Assembly: GCA_965178125.1 (NCBI GenBank)
Contig: OZ237752.1
Coordinates: forward strand, 310,001 to 374,000
Length of the DNA stretch: 64,000 bases
Origin: Bilabrum cf. latius
Lineage: Eukaryota
Direction of reading: 5' to 3'
Part shown: one piece after another, positions 40,344-53,100 of the stretch
How positions within the stretch are numbered: position 1 is the stretch's first letter
Layout: each line of letters starts with the position of its first letter
Notes under the pieces: model-generated
Seen by the model: only the letters and a program-made list of their open reading frames with translations
Told to the model about the DNA's origin: nothing
Databases searched by the model: none
Made by a program: the position numbers and the translations under genes

Positions 40344-41981
40344 ATGGCAGCAGCAGGACCGCCTGGTGGAGGTGCAGGAGGAGAAAAGCCACCTGGGGGA
40401 GGTCTCCCACCGAAGTGCCTCACCAGGCACAAAATTCCGCCGCTTGCAACTGCAAAGCTAGAAACAACGTACGCTGCGGACGGCTAGCCTCTGCAATATC
40501 TGACATGCAACGATGGTGTTACTTTCAGGATTATTAAAACTTTAGCTCCGGCACTTATGGGGAAAGTTAAGCTGTGCTGCCAGTGCTCACCGCAAGAAGA
40601 TGGCACCTTTACGGATACCGAGAACAGATTTGCGGTCAAGATGCTCCTCAAGCACTGCATATAGCGCGGAGTCACAACTGATGGGAGAAAAGTCCAAGAA
40701 GACCCAATGACGGAGGTGAAAGTGCAGGCTTACCTGCAGTCTTAGCGGTGAGTCCATTCGTGTTGCGATCGTGCTTACTTTGAGTCCGTTTTGGTACACC
40801 ATTGCATTCGTTTCATCGACAGGAACTTGAGATAAGGAAACAATTCGCGTCTCTTTCTCTCATGTTGCTTGCGGTTGCTGTTTGCACGCTTTGAACAACT
40901 TTGGTCAGCGGACGCACCGTTCCCAGAAAGCACGTCCGCCGCATCCAAGCCCCCGCACCTCGCACCGATCTTGTCACCGCGCAGAGGAGGGCACAAGAAC
41001 GTGCTTCGATTGCAGCGCGTGTGCGAGGACGAGCACATCATTTACATCATCCTGGAGCTGTGCCCTGGCGGCGACCTCTTCGACAGGGTGCAGCGGGAGC
41101 CCAGCGGCAGGCTCCCAGAGGCAAAGGCAAGGAACTACTTCATCCAGCTGCTTCAGGGCGTCTGCTTCATGCACGGAAGGGGCGTCATCCACAGGGATTT
41201 GTCTCTGGAGAACGCCATGGTGGACGGGAAGGACACGGTCAAGATAATCGATTTCGGGCTCTCTGTGGATAGGTGGTACCAGGCAGCCCCGCCACCGGAC
41301 AAGATGCCTCCAGGGGGCAAGGTAGGCAAGCCATCCTACATGGATCCCGTGATATACTAGAACGGTCCCTACCACCATCACGTCGATCTTTGGTGCATGG
41401 GGGTGATGCTGTTCACGATGCTGTATGGGGTGCCCCCGTACAGGCACCCCAACGCAAGGGCATGCGCATTGTTCAACGAGATATAGAACGGCAGGCTGGG
41501 CGGCCTGCTGACTCGGTGGGGCATGGCCGATTTTGCCTCTCCTGCGGCTCGGGAGCTGGTGATCTCGATGCTGAACCCCGACCCTGCCAAGCGCCCCACG
41601 CTCCCGGACATCCTCCGGAGCCCTTGGATCGCCGAGGATCCCGAGATCAAGAGGATTGGCGGCAGCGTTGTGGCCTCCACACAGGTGGAGCGGGTGCTGC
41701 GAGCTGGTGATGTGATGAATGCCAAGGTGTTTGCGTACAGGCACGGCAGACCCATGCCAGTGGTAGGCAGGCCAGGGCCGGGGGCAGGGGCCAAGGCCAG
41801 GGGCGGTGCGGGCGCTGGCGCTGGCGCGGGTGCGGGTGCGGGTGCGGCACCAATGGATGACGAGGATCCCCCAGGCGGAAGTGGAGGTCCTGCGAGCGGC
41901 GGGGCAGGTGGCGGAGCGGGCGGGGCAGGTGGCGGAGCGGGCGGGGCAGGTGCGGGTGGTTCAGCCGCCATGGAGACATGA
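40344..41981 (+). CDS. Ser/Thr protein kinase, CAMK-like (EDPxxE / HRDLSLEN / GKxxY type), ~466 aa, Gly/Ala tail; exons 40344-40747, 40985-41981
   Basis: Motifs FAVK, EDPMTE, HKNV, GGDLF, HRDLSLEN, DFG, GKPSYMDP, DLWCMGV, DPAKRP. GTGAG..CAG intron in phase 2. In-frame TAGs at 40485, 40662, 40743, 41358, 41484, two of them inside the C-lobe. Ends TGA. Confidence 0.9.
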
Positions 41982-42210
41982 CAGTGGGGAAGTAGGTGGG
42001 GCGGTTGTGAGGCCGCGGGTAGATCTAGGTGCTGTGTCGACGATCCACGCGTTACACATTCATAATTATATCGTATTTATCACATCAACTAATTCCAAAT
42101 TTGCACTTTCGGGAACGAGCGTGTCTAAGCGCGCCCATCCCAGCCCCGTCCTCCTCGCCCACCATATATGGCCTACTATTTGCAGTTGCAGCTGCCACAG
42201 GCTGGCCGCA

Positions 42211-43851
42211 TCACGACTCATCCCGCATGACACCCTGTCCCTCGGCCGCCCCATTGCCTTCTGCCGCTGCTGCTCCCGAGCAACTGCTGCCGGACGCTGC
42301 CGACTCATCGCGCATGGGAACACAGCCCTAGTTCATGGGGGCTAGTGCTGGAGCTGGAGCTGGAGCTGGAGCTGGAGCTGGAGCTGGAGCTGGAGCTGGA
42401 GCTGGAGCTGACGCTGGCACTGGTGCTGGCGCTGGTACGCCTGATCCAGCCCCAGCCTTTGCCCCGCCTGTCGCTGCCCCACCAGCGGCAGCTCCTGCAG
42501 CCGTCAGCTCGCTGGCATCTGCACCTGCACCTGCACCTGCACCTGCACCTGCACCTGCACCTGCACCTGCATCTGCATCTGCATCTGCACCTGCACCTGC
42601 AGCTATCCGTGCTCGCAGCCCAGCCACGTGCCAGGCGTGCACCTTGATGTTCTTTGACCTCGCTGTTACCACCACCGACTCTATTGCATTACGAGCCCCT
42701 CTCACACCCATCACCTGCATGGCAGGCTCCCCCATCATAAAGGGGCGTGTCACCATCTCCGCAATGGACGGGCGGTCCTCTGGCCGGGCCCTCGCCACGA
42801 AAAGGCAAAAGTCCTTCGCAGCGTCAGAAAGACCGCTGAATCTCGGCAGCGTCTTGATTGCATCATGCAGCGCAGTCTCACTCAGACTGTACCCATTTTT
42901 GAGCACCCCACCGCACAGGAGACGTACCGCGCACATGCCCAGCGAGTACAGGTCCGCTCGCTCGTCGTACACCTCCCCCCTCGCGACCTCGGGGGCGATG
43001 TAGTTGCCCTTCCCCGCCCAGCCCCGGATGCCATCCGCACCCTTCGGCAACGGACCACCATCGGGCGCCCTCGTCACACCCCTGGGAGGCTGCAACCACC
43101 TGTCCACGGCCTGCCCCGGGTCGATGATGACCCCCTCGCCGTCGTCTGCCAGCACCGAGTTCTCGAGAGACACGTCACGGTGCAGCACTCCCACACAATG
43201 CATGTGGTGCAGCCCCTTCGCCAGGCCATAGAAAGCCTTGCGAGCGGCTGTCTCGGACATGCCATCAAGGGCCAGTGCGACGACATCGGAAGCGGCGTAG
43301 AATGGCATCATGATATAATGGTACTCGTCGTCCTGCCCACTCTCCAGAACGGAGCAAATATTCGGATGCTACCTGTACTCGTGAAATGAAGGCATAAGAG
43401 CTAATAGTTAGGATGTGTGCTACCTGCGCTTGGCTGCTGCACATACCTACGCCATCCACGTCGCTGTTGCTTCGTCTCACCCAGTTTGCCAGCCTGTATG
43501 CACATAATCCAGAATTCGGACCTCATTAATCGGATCCTCCTTCGTAGGCATGCCCTTAGTCGTCCTCTTGGAAGCAATCAGCGAAAGCTTTGAACGCTTG
43601 ACAACGTAGCCTGAGGAATTGCCACCTGCGGCTTGTGGGCAAACCTCGTACACACCGGGCACGTCAGGCTTCTCGAAGCACTCAGCACAATACCATATGT
43701 CACCCATCATCGTCTTGAACAGTCTCTTGACGCGCTGGACTACCTTTTGCCCGTTCACGCACAGTAGCTTGCCCCTTGCAACAAATCTACTGTCACGCCG
43801 TGTACTCTAGAATGCCGTCAGGCAATTTACAACCATTGGTTGCTTTGACAT
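42211..43851 (-). CDS. Divergent Ser/Thr kinase (paralog A; DPG instead of DFG), ~510 aa, with AG/AP-repeat tail; exons 43851-43481, 43372-42211
   Basis: Motifs YVVK, EDPINE, G-Q(TAG)-HPNI, HRDVSLEN, IIDPG, GKGNYIAPE, DLYSLG, EDRP. Intron 43480-43373 has GTGAG, a CTAAC branch point and CAG. TAGs at 43807, 43369, 42328. Ends TGA at 42211-42213. Confidence 0.87.
42346..42601. repeat. Coding hexamer microsatellites (GCTGGA)n and (GCACCT)n encoding AP and AG dipeptide runs in the kinase tail
   Basis: Directly visible at ~42346-42408 and ~42518-42601. Confidence 0.9.
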
Positions 43852-44181
43852 GACTATATACGATCTCTTTTGCTTGAATGTTTAGGTACTCCTTCGACTT
43901 TTACGTTGAAAGGAGTGCCGAGAACCGCGTTTCCTCGAATCCGTCAGATGCCTCATGGCCGGACTCGACCGGAGCAAATTCGCCGCCTGAGACGGTGGCT
44001 AGTTTGGCGTAACAATTCCTTGATTTATGATTCTCAAAGTCAACCCGAGCCGGAGATAAAGGGGATTAAAGGCAGCTGCAAGTGTCGATTGTACACGCAC
44101 TTCACCACCCGCTGATCACTCCACCGAAAGTCAGACTCAGCTGCGGCTCTCCACGACACCCCCCCTGCACTCGCCGCACGA

Positions 44182-47100
44182 TTAAAAATGTAAAGCGCTC
44201 TCCAGCAGTGCCTCCAACTGCGAGCACGGCCGCCCAGCGGATCGCAGCTGGGACAGCAGATCGGTCCCGGGTACTGCAGTACCCACCGCGCCCTCGGGGG
44301 GATGCATGGCCAGCGAGGCAACCAGGGAGACAGCAGCACAGGCAGCGCCATGCCCTGCAGATCCCATGCGCACCTCCCACGCCTCCACCAGCACCCTCAC
44401 GCACTCATCATGGCCCCCGAGCACGGCCGCCATCAGCGGACCGCTCAACCAGCCCGAGTGACCAGGCCCCGGGACATCCAACACTGCCGCTGCCACTGCC
44501 ACCGGGCCACGAACCTCCATCCCACCCGCCAGCTTGCCCAGCCTCAGCCGCTTGGCCAGCTCCAGCGGCCTGCCCTCCTTGGCAGCTCGGTGCACCATGG
44601 CAGCATCTCGTTTGGCCTCCACGGCCCTCCTCCACCGGGCCAAAGGCAGGATCCTCGGGTCAATAAACTCCCGGATGAGCTTGGCCGTGGCTGTCTTGCC
44701 CCTGCAGTCTGCTTCCTCTGCTGGGGTGCGTCCGTCCTGCGGCAGTAAGTGACAGCACATAATACGTTCAGAGGTATGTCAGCAAGCTGATCTGTCGAAT
44801 CAATCCCAAAACAACCCATCTCACCTTGTTCTTGACCGTCCTGCTGGCTCCGGCCCGCAGCAGAGCGAGAGCCGCGGCATCCCTGCCACTGAAGGCGGCT
44901 TGATGGAGAGGGGTGCCCCTGTACTGCGGAATCAAGTAGCCAAAGATATCCATTATCATCTCAGGGCGAATGCCAACCCACAATCATGTTCAAGGTCCGC
45001 AGGAGAGGCGGCGAGGAGCAGCTAGATTGACGTGGATCTATCGATTTCCCGGTTCCTAGAAAAGCGTGGCGTGCTCCGACCTGATCGCGAGCGCAGCCAC
45101 CCAATAGCATGATGGGCCTGGGCGACGAGCACAATACTTGGAGCAAGAAACTGCTTCGGCTATGGACTCAGTTGATTCACTATCTCGATTTTGCACACAG
45201 GCCCGCTGATTCCGATGGCATAAATCTCATCGTTTAGCTCCTCCTACATCATGAACTGCCTCAGCTCCCAAGACACAAGCGCTCATCGACCCCCGCACGA
45301 CCAGGCCGCACCCTTCCCATGCGAAGTCACAGAAGGAACACCGACTCCCATGCATCCAATCATCCCATCTATTTCATACATCACATCAACTCACCTAGCC
45401 GTCAGCGTTCACATTGGCCCCCGCTGCAACCAGCACACCCACCAAGTCGGCGTAGCCCTCTCTGGCTGCCCAGCCCAGGGGGGTGTACTGGCCCTGTGAG
45501 GAAGGAAAGTGAGGGACGTTACGGGATGTGATGGGATGCCAATGGAAGGCAACAAGGGAAAACAGCGAATCGAAGTCAGAAACAGAGCATCGACGCCACG
45601 CAATCCACCCATGGACGGGCCTCGGGCCCCCACAGAATCCGCTGCACCCGCTCGCCCCAGCACCAAGCCGGCACTGGCACCATTCCAGCATATCCACCCC
45701 AAGTCACAAATACAACCGCACAAACAGAACACTAGACTATCCACCCATCTATCCAGGACTGCGGCAAGGCCGCCCGGCGGTCATGGTCGCAAGTTAGGCG
45801 AAGCGCAGTCGGCTGAAGGCGGTAGATCGCGACTGTGAGATTGTGTGCAACTTGCACCCGTAAGACGCAGCTCCATAAGATGACTCAACATCTGGTTGGA
45901 TCGCCTTCTTCTTCGCCCTGCATCCCGAGCTATCCCGGGCTCCAAGTCACAAGCGCTTCTCACGACCACCTCACGACCAGGCCGCACCCTTCCCATGCGA
46001 AGTCACAGGGAACACCAACTCCCATGAATCCAATCATCCCAGCCATACATACATCGCAACAACTCACTTTGCCTTCAGCGTTCACATTGGCCCCCGCTGC
46101 CACAAGCGCACGCACCACGTCGGCATGGCCCTCACTGGCTGCCCAGCCCAGGGGGGTGTCCTTGCGCTGTGAGGAAGGAAAGCGAGGGGCGGCCAAAACA
46201 GGTGAATGGGAAGAGATGGCAATAGGAAGCAACACGGGAAAACAGCGAACTGAAGTCAGAAACAGAGCCTCGACGCCGCGCAACCCAACCACGGACTGGC
46301 CTTTGGCCCCCGCACGTTCCGCTGTTCTCACTCGCCCCAGCACCAAGCCGACACTGGCACCATTCCAGCATATCCACCCCAAGTCACAAATACAACCGCA
46401 CAAACAAAACACCAGACTATCCACCCATCCATCCAAGACTGCGGCAAGGCCGCCCGGCGGGCATGGTCGCAAGTTAGGCGAAGCGCAGTCGGCTGAAGGC
46501 GGTAGATCGCGACTGTTGGATTGTGTGCAACTTGCACCCGTAAGACGCAGCTCCATAAGATGACTCAACATCTGCTTGAATTGCCTTCCTGTTCCGCTTG
46601 CATCCCGAGCTATCCCGGCTCCAAGGCACAAGCGCTCCTCGGCCACCTCACAAACACTCACATAGCCCTCAGCATCAACATTGGCCCCCGCTGCCACAAG
46701 CGCAGCCACCACGTCGGCATTGGCTGCCCTGTGCAGCGGGGTGTCCTTGCTCTGCGAGGAAGGAAAGCGAGGGACGGCCAAGGGGGGTATGAAGGGATGG
46801 CAATGAAAGGCCAACAAGGGAAAGCCGCGAACTGAAGTTAGAAACAGAGCATCGGCGCCGCGCAATCCACCCATGGACGGGCCTCTGGCCCCCACAGGTT
46901 CCGCTTCTCCCACACGACACAGCATCAAGCCAGCACTGGCACCATTCCAGCATATCCATCCCAAGTCCCAAGTACGATCGCCCAACCAAATCACAAGACA
47001 CCCCATGCAGCCATCCAGGACTGCGGCGAGGCCGCCAAGCGGTCATGGTCGCAAACAAGGCGTTACGCAGTCGGCTGATGGCAATCGACCGAGACTGTTG

Positions 47101-50100
47101 GATTGTGTGCAACTTGTGCCCATCCAGCAAAGCTTCATGCGCGGATTCATCATCTGGTTGGATCGCCTTCTGGCTCCTCCTGCATCCCAAGCTATCCCGG
47201 CTCCAAGCCACGAGCGCTCATCGACCACCTCGCGACCAGGCCGCACCCTTCCCATGCCGAGTCACAGGGAACACTAACTCCCATGCATCCAACCATCCCA
47301 GCCACATACACACTTCACGGCAACTCACTTTATTCTCAGCATTCACATTGGCCCCTGCTGCCACAAGCGCACCCACCACGTCGGCATGGCCCTCACTGGC
47401 TGCTGCATGAAGCGGGGTATGCTTGTACTATGAGGAAGGAAAGCGAGGGACGGCAAGAAGGAATGCGAAAGCATGGCAACGGAAAGGCAAAGAGGGGGGG
47501 GGGAAGCAGCGAACGGAAGTTAGTGCCATAGCATCGGCGCCGCGCAATCCACCCATGGACGGGCCACGGGCCCCCACAGGCCCCGCTGCACCCACTCGCC
47601 CAAACACCAAGCCGGCACTGGCACCATTCACGCATATCCACCCCAAGTCCCATAATCAAATACACAACCAAATCGCCAAACCATCCAGACATCCATCCAA
47701 GACTGCGGCAAGGTCGCCGGCGGTCTTGGCCCCAAGCCGGGCGAAGTGCAGTCCACTGATGGCAATCGATCGAGACTGTTGGATTGTGTGCAACTTGTGC
47801 CCAGCAGACGCAGCTCAATACGAGGACTCATCATCTAGTTGGATCGCATTCTGGCTCCTCCTGCATCCCAAGCTATCCCGGCTCCAAGCCACAAGCGCTC
47901 ATCGACCACCTCACAACCAGGCCGCACCCTTCCCATGCCGAGTCACAGGGAACACTAACTCCCGTGCATCCAACCATCCCAGCCACATACACACTTCACG
48001 ACAACTCACTTTGTTCTCAGCATCAACATTGGCCCCCGCTGCCACAAGCGCAGCCACCACGTCGGCGTGGCCACATCTGGCTGCAACAAAGAGCGGTGTG
48101 GGCTTGTCCTGTGAGGAAGGAAAGCGAGGGACGGCGACGGAAGGCAGAAAAGGGGTAGCAATGAAAAGGCAAAGAGGGGAAGCAGGGAAGGAAAGCCAGT
48201 ACCAGAGCATCGGCGCCGCGCAATCCACCCATGGACGGGCCTCTGGCCCCCACAGGTTCCGCTTCTCCCACACGACACAGCATCAAGCCGGCACTGGCAC
48301 CATTCACGCATATCCACCCCAAGTCCCATAATCAAATACACAACCAAATCGCCAAACCATCCAGACATCCATCCAAGACTGCGGCAAGGTCGCCCGGCGG
48401 TCTTGGCCCCAAGCCGGGCGAAGCGCAGTCCACTGATGGCAATCGATCGAGACTGTAGGATTGTGTGCAACTTGTGCCCAGCAGACGCAGCTCGATACGA
48501 GGACTCATCATCTAGTTGGATCGCATTCTGGCTCCTCCTGCATCCCAAGCTATCCCGGCTCCATGACACTAGCGCTCATCGACCACCTGCGACCAGTCCG
48601 CACCCTTCCCATGCCGAGTCACAGGGAACACCAACTCCCATGCATCCAATCATCCCATCTACACATACACACTTCACGGCAACTCACTTTGTTCTCAGCA
48701 TCAACATTGGCCCCTGCTGCCACAAGCGCACCCACCACGTCGGCGTGGCCCTTTTCGGCTGCCCTGTGCAGCGGGGTGTACTAGTCCTGGTAGGAAACAA
48801 AGTGAGGGGCGCCCAAAGGGAATTCAAAGAGATGGCAATAGAAAGGTAAAAAAAGGGGGGGGGGGGGGGGGCAGCGAACGGAAGGTACTACCAGAGCATC
48901 GGCGCCGCGCAATCCACCCATGGACGGGCCTCCGCCCCCCACAGGTTCCGCTGCACCCACACGCCCAATCACCAAGCCGGCACTGGCACCATTCACGCAT
49001 ATCCACCCCAAGTCCCAAATACACAACCAAATTACCAGACCACCCAGACATCCATCCATCCAAGACTGCAGTTTGGCCGCCCGGCGGTCATGGTCGCAAG
49101 TAGGCGAACCCCAGTCGGCTAAAACGGCGATAGATCGAGACTGTTGGATTGTGTGCAACTTGTGCCCAGCAGACGCAGCTCGACAAGAGGATTCATCATC
49201 TAGTTGGATCGCATTCTTCTTCGCCCTGCATCCCGAGCTATCCCGGCTTCCAAGACACAAGCGCTCATCGACCACCTCACGGCCTGGCCGCACCCTTCCC
49301 ATGCTGAGTCACAGAGAACACTAACTCCCATGCATCCAATCATCCCATCTATGCATCCATGCATACATCACGGCAACTCACTTTGTTCTCAGCATCAACA
49401 TTGGCCCCGGCTGCCACAAGCGCAGCCACCACGTCGGCGTGGCCCTTTTCGGCGGCCCAGCCAAGCGGGGTATCCTTGTACTGTGAGGAAGGAAAGCGAG
49501 GGACGGCCAAAACAGGTGAATAGGAAGGAAAGGCAATGAAAAGGCCAAAAGGAGGAACAGCGAACGGGATGTAGAACCAGAGCATCGGCGCCGCGCAATC
49601 CACCCATGGACTAGCCTCGGGCCACTGGCCCCATTCCAGCATATTTACCTCAGTCCCGAATTATACTCCACGACCAAATCACCAGACACTTCATACAGCC
49701 ATCCATCCAAGACTGCGGCAAGGCCGCCCGGCGGTCATGGTCGCAAGTTAGGCGAAGCACAGTCGGCTAAAACGGCGATAGACCGCAACTTTTAGATTAT
49801 GTGCATAGTACCCCCAGCAGACGCAGCTCGATACGAGGACTCATCATCTGGCTAGATCGCCTTTTGGTTCCTCCTGCATCCCAAGCTATCCCGGCTCCAT
49901 GACACTAGCGCTCATCGACCACCTCACAACCAGGCCGCACCCTTCCCATGCCGAGTCACAGGGAACACCAACTCCCATGCATCCAATCATCCCATCTATG
50001 CATACATCACAGCAACTCACTTTGTTCTCAGCATTCACATTGGCCCCCCCTGCCACTAGCGCACCCACCACGTCGGCGTGGCCCTTTTCGGATGCAAAGT

Positions 50101-53100
50101 GCAGCGGGGTGCTCTCGACCTATAAGGAAGGAAAGCGAAGGACGGCCAAAACAGGTGAATGGGAAGGGATGGCAGTGGAAGGCAACAAAGAGGGGGGGGG
50201 GGGGCAGCGAACGGAAGGTACTACCAGAGCATCGGCGCCGCGCAATCCACCCATGGACGGGCCTCCGCCCCCCACAGGTTCCGCTGCACCCACACTTCCA
50301 ATCACCAAGCCGGCACTGGCACCATTCACGCATATCCACCCCAAGTCCCAAATACACAACCAAATTACCAGACCACCCAGACATCCATCCATCCAAGACT
50401 GCGGCAAGGCCGCCCGGCGGTCATGGTCGCAAGTAGGCGAACCCCAGTCGGCTAAAACGGCGATAGATCGAGACTGTTGGATTGTGTGCAACTTGTGCCC
50501 AGCAGACGCAGCTCGACAAGAGGATTCATCATCTAGTTGGATCGCCTTTTGGTTCCTCCTGCATCCCGAGCTATCCCGGCTCCAAGCCACAAGCGCTCAT
50601 CGACCACCTCACGGCCTGGCCGCACCCTTCCCATGCCGAGTCACAGGGAACACTAACTCCCATGCATCCAATCATCACAGCCATACATCCATCACGGCAA
50701 CTCACTTTGTTCTCAGCATCAACATTGGCCCCGGCTGCCACAAGCGCAGCCACCACGTCGGCGTGGCCCTTTTCGGCGGCCCAGCCAAGCGGGGTATCCT
50801 TGTACTGTGAGGAAGGAAAGCGAGGGACGGCAAGAAGGGAATGTGAAGGCCAAACATGAAGCAGCAAATGGAAGTCAGAACCAGAGCATCGGCGCCGCGC
50901 AATCCACCCATGGACGGGCCTCTGGCCCCCACAGGTTCCGCTGCACCCACTCGCACCAGCATCAAGCCGGCACTGGCACCATTCCAGCATATCCACCCCA
51001 AGTCCCATATACAATAACTAAAATACACAATCCTATCGGCGACCAGACCATCGGCGTTCATGATCGCAAGCTGGGCGAAGTGCAGTCCGCTGAAGGCAAT
51101 CGATCGAGACTGTGAGATTGTGTGCAACTTGCACCCAGCAGACGCAGCTCGACAAGAGGACTCATCATCTGGTTGGATCGCCTTCTTCTTCCGCCTGTAT
51201 CCCGAGCTATCCCGGCTCCCAAGACACAAGCGCTCCTCGACCACCTCACGACCAGGCCGCACTCTTCCCATGCCGAGTCACAGGGAACACCAACTCCCAT
51301 GCATCCAATCATTCCAGCCATTAATGCATCACATCATCTCACCCAGCCCACGGCATTCACATCGGCCCCCGCCGCCACAAGCACACCCACCACGTCGGCA
51401 TTGGCTGCCAAGTGCATCGGTGTGCGGTTGTACTGTGAGGAAGGAAAGCGAGGGACGGCAAGAAGGGAATGTGAAGGCCAAACATGAAGCAGCAAATGGA
51501 AATCAGAACCAGAGCATCGGCACCGCGCAATCCACCCATGGACGAGCCTCTGGCCCCCACAGGTTCCGCTGCACCCACTCGCACCAGCATCAAGCCGTCA
51601 CTGGCACCATTCCAGCATACCCACCCCAAGTCCCATATACAATTACAAATACACAATCCTATCGGCGACCAGACCATCGGCGGTCATGGTCGCAAGCTGG
51701 GCGAGGCGCAGTCGGTTGAAGGCGGTAGATCACGACTGTTGCATTGTGTGCGTGCATTATGCGCCCAGTAGACGCAGATCGATCAGCGGGCTCCGCATCT
51801 GGTTATATCGCCTTCTTCTTCCGCCTGTATCCCGACCTATCCCGGCTCCCAAGACACAAGCGCTCCTCGACCACCTCACGACCAGGCCGCACCCTTCCCA
51901 TGCCGAGTCACAGGGAACACCAACTCCCATGCATCCAATCATTCCAGCCATTAATGCATCACATCAACTCACCTAGTCCTTAGCATTCACATTGGCCCCC
52001 GCTGCCACAAGAGCAGCCACCACGTTGGCATTGGCAGCCCTGTGCAGCGGGGTGCTCGCGCCCTATAAGGAAAAAAAGCGGAGGACGGCAAAGGGTGGAC
52101 GAGAAGAGATGGCAATGGGAAAACAAATAGCCAAAGCAGTGAGCAGAAGGTAGCACCAGAGCATCGGCGCCGTGCAATCCACCCAAGGACGAGACTCGGG
52201 CCTCCACAGGTTCCGCTGCACCCACTCGCCCAAACACCAAGCCGACACTGGCACCATTCCAGCATATCCACCCCAAGTCACAAATACAACCGCACAAACA
52301 AAACACTAGACTATCCACCCAGCTATCCAGGACTGCGGCAAGGCCGCCCGGCGGTCATGGTCGCAAGTTAGGCGAAGCGCAGTCGGCTCGAGGCAATCGA
52401 TCGAGACTGTGCAACTTGCACCCAGCAGACGCAGCTCGACGAGAGGATTCATCATCTGGTTGGATCGCATTCTGGTTCCGCCTGCATCCCGAGCTATCCC
52501 GGCTCCAAGCCACAAGCGCTTCTCACGACCACCTCACGGCCAGGCCACACCATTCCCATGCCGAGTCACAGAAGGAACACCAACTCCCATGCATCCAATC
52601 ATCCCACCTGAACGATATACATCGCAGCAGCTCACCTCATTCACAGCGTTTGCATCCGCCCCCGCTGCCACAAGCGCACCCACCACGTCGGCGTGGCCCT
52701 TTTCGGCTGCCAAGTGCAAAGGGGTGTGACAATCCTGTAAGTAAGCAAAGCGAGGGACGGTCGAAGATATAGCAATGGAAAGGCTAAATGGGAGGCGGGG
52801 GGTGGGAGGGAGCTGAAGGTAGTACCAGAGCATCGGCGCCGCGCAATCTACCCATGGGCAGGCCTCGGGCCCCCACACGTTCCGCTGTTCCCACTCGCCC
52901 AATCACCAAGCCGGCACTGGCACCATTCCCGCATATCCACCACAATCCCGAATTATACTCCACGACCAAATCACCAGACACTTCATACAGCCATCCATCC
53001 AAGACTGCGGCAAGGCCGCGCGGCGGGCATGGTCGCAAGTTAGGCGAAGCGCAGTCGGCTGAAGGCGGTAGGACGCGACTGTTGGATTGTGTGCATAATG

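Noticed and set aside
1-43851. Mass pseudogenisation or sequencing error as the cause of the internal stops
   Set aside because: Every interruption is TAG, with no TAA, TGA or frameshift, across unrelated genes on both strands. Decay or error would not be codon-specific.
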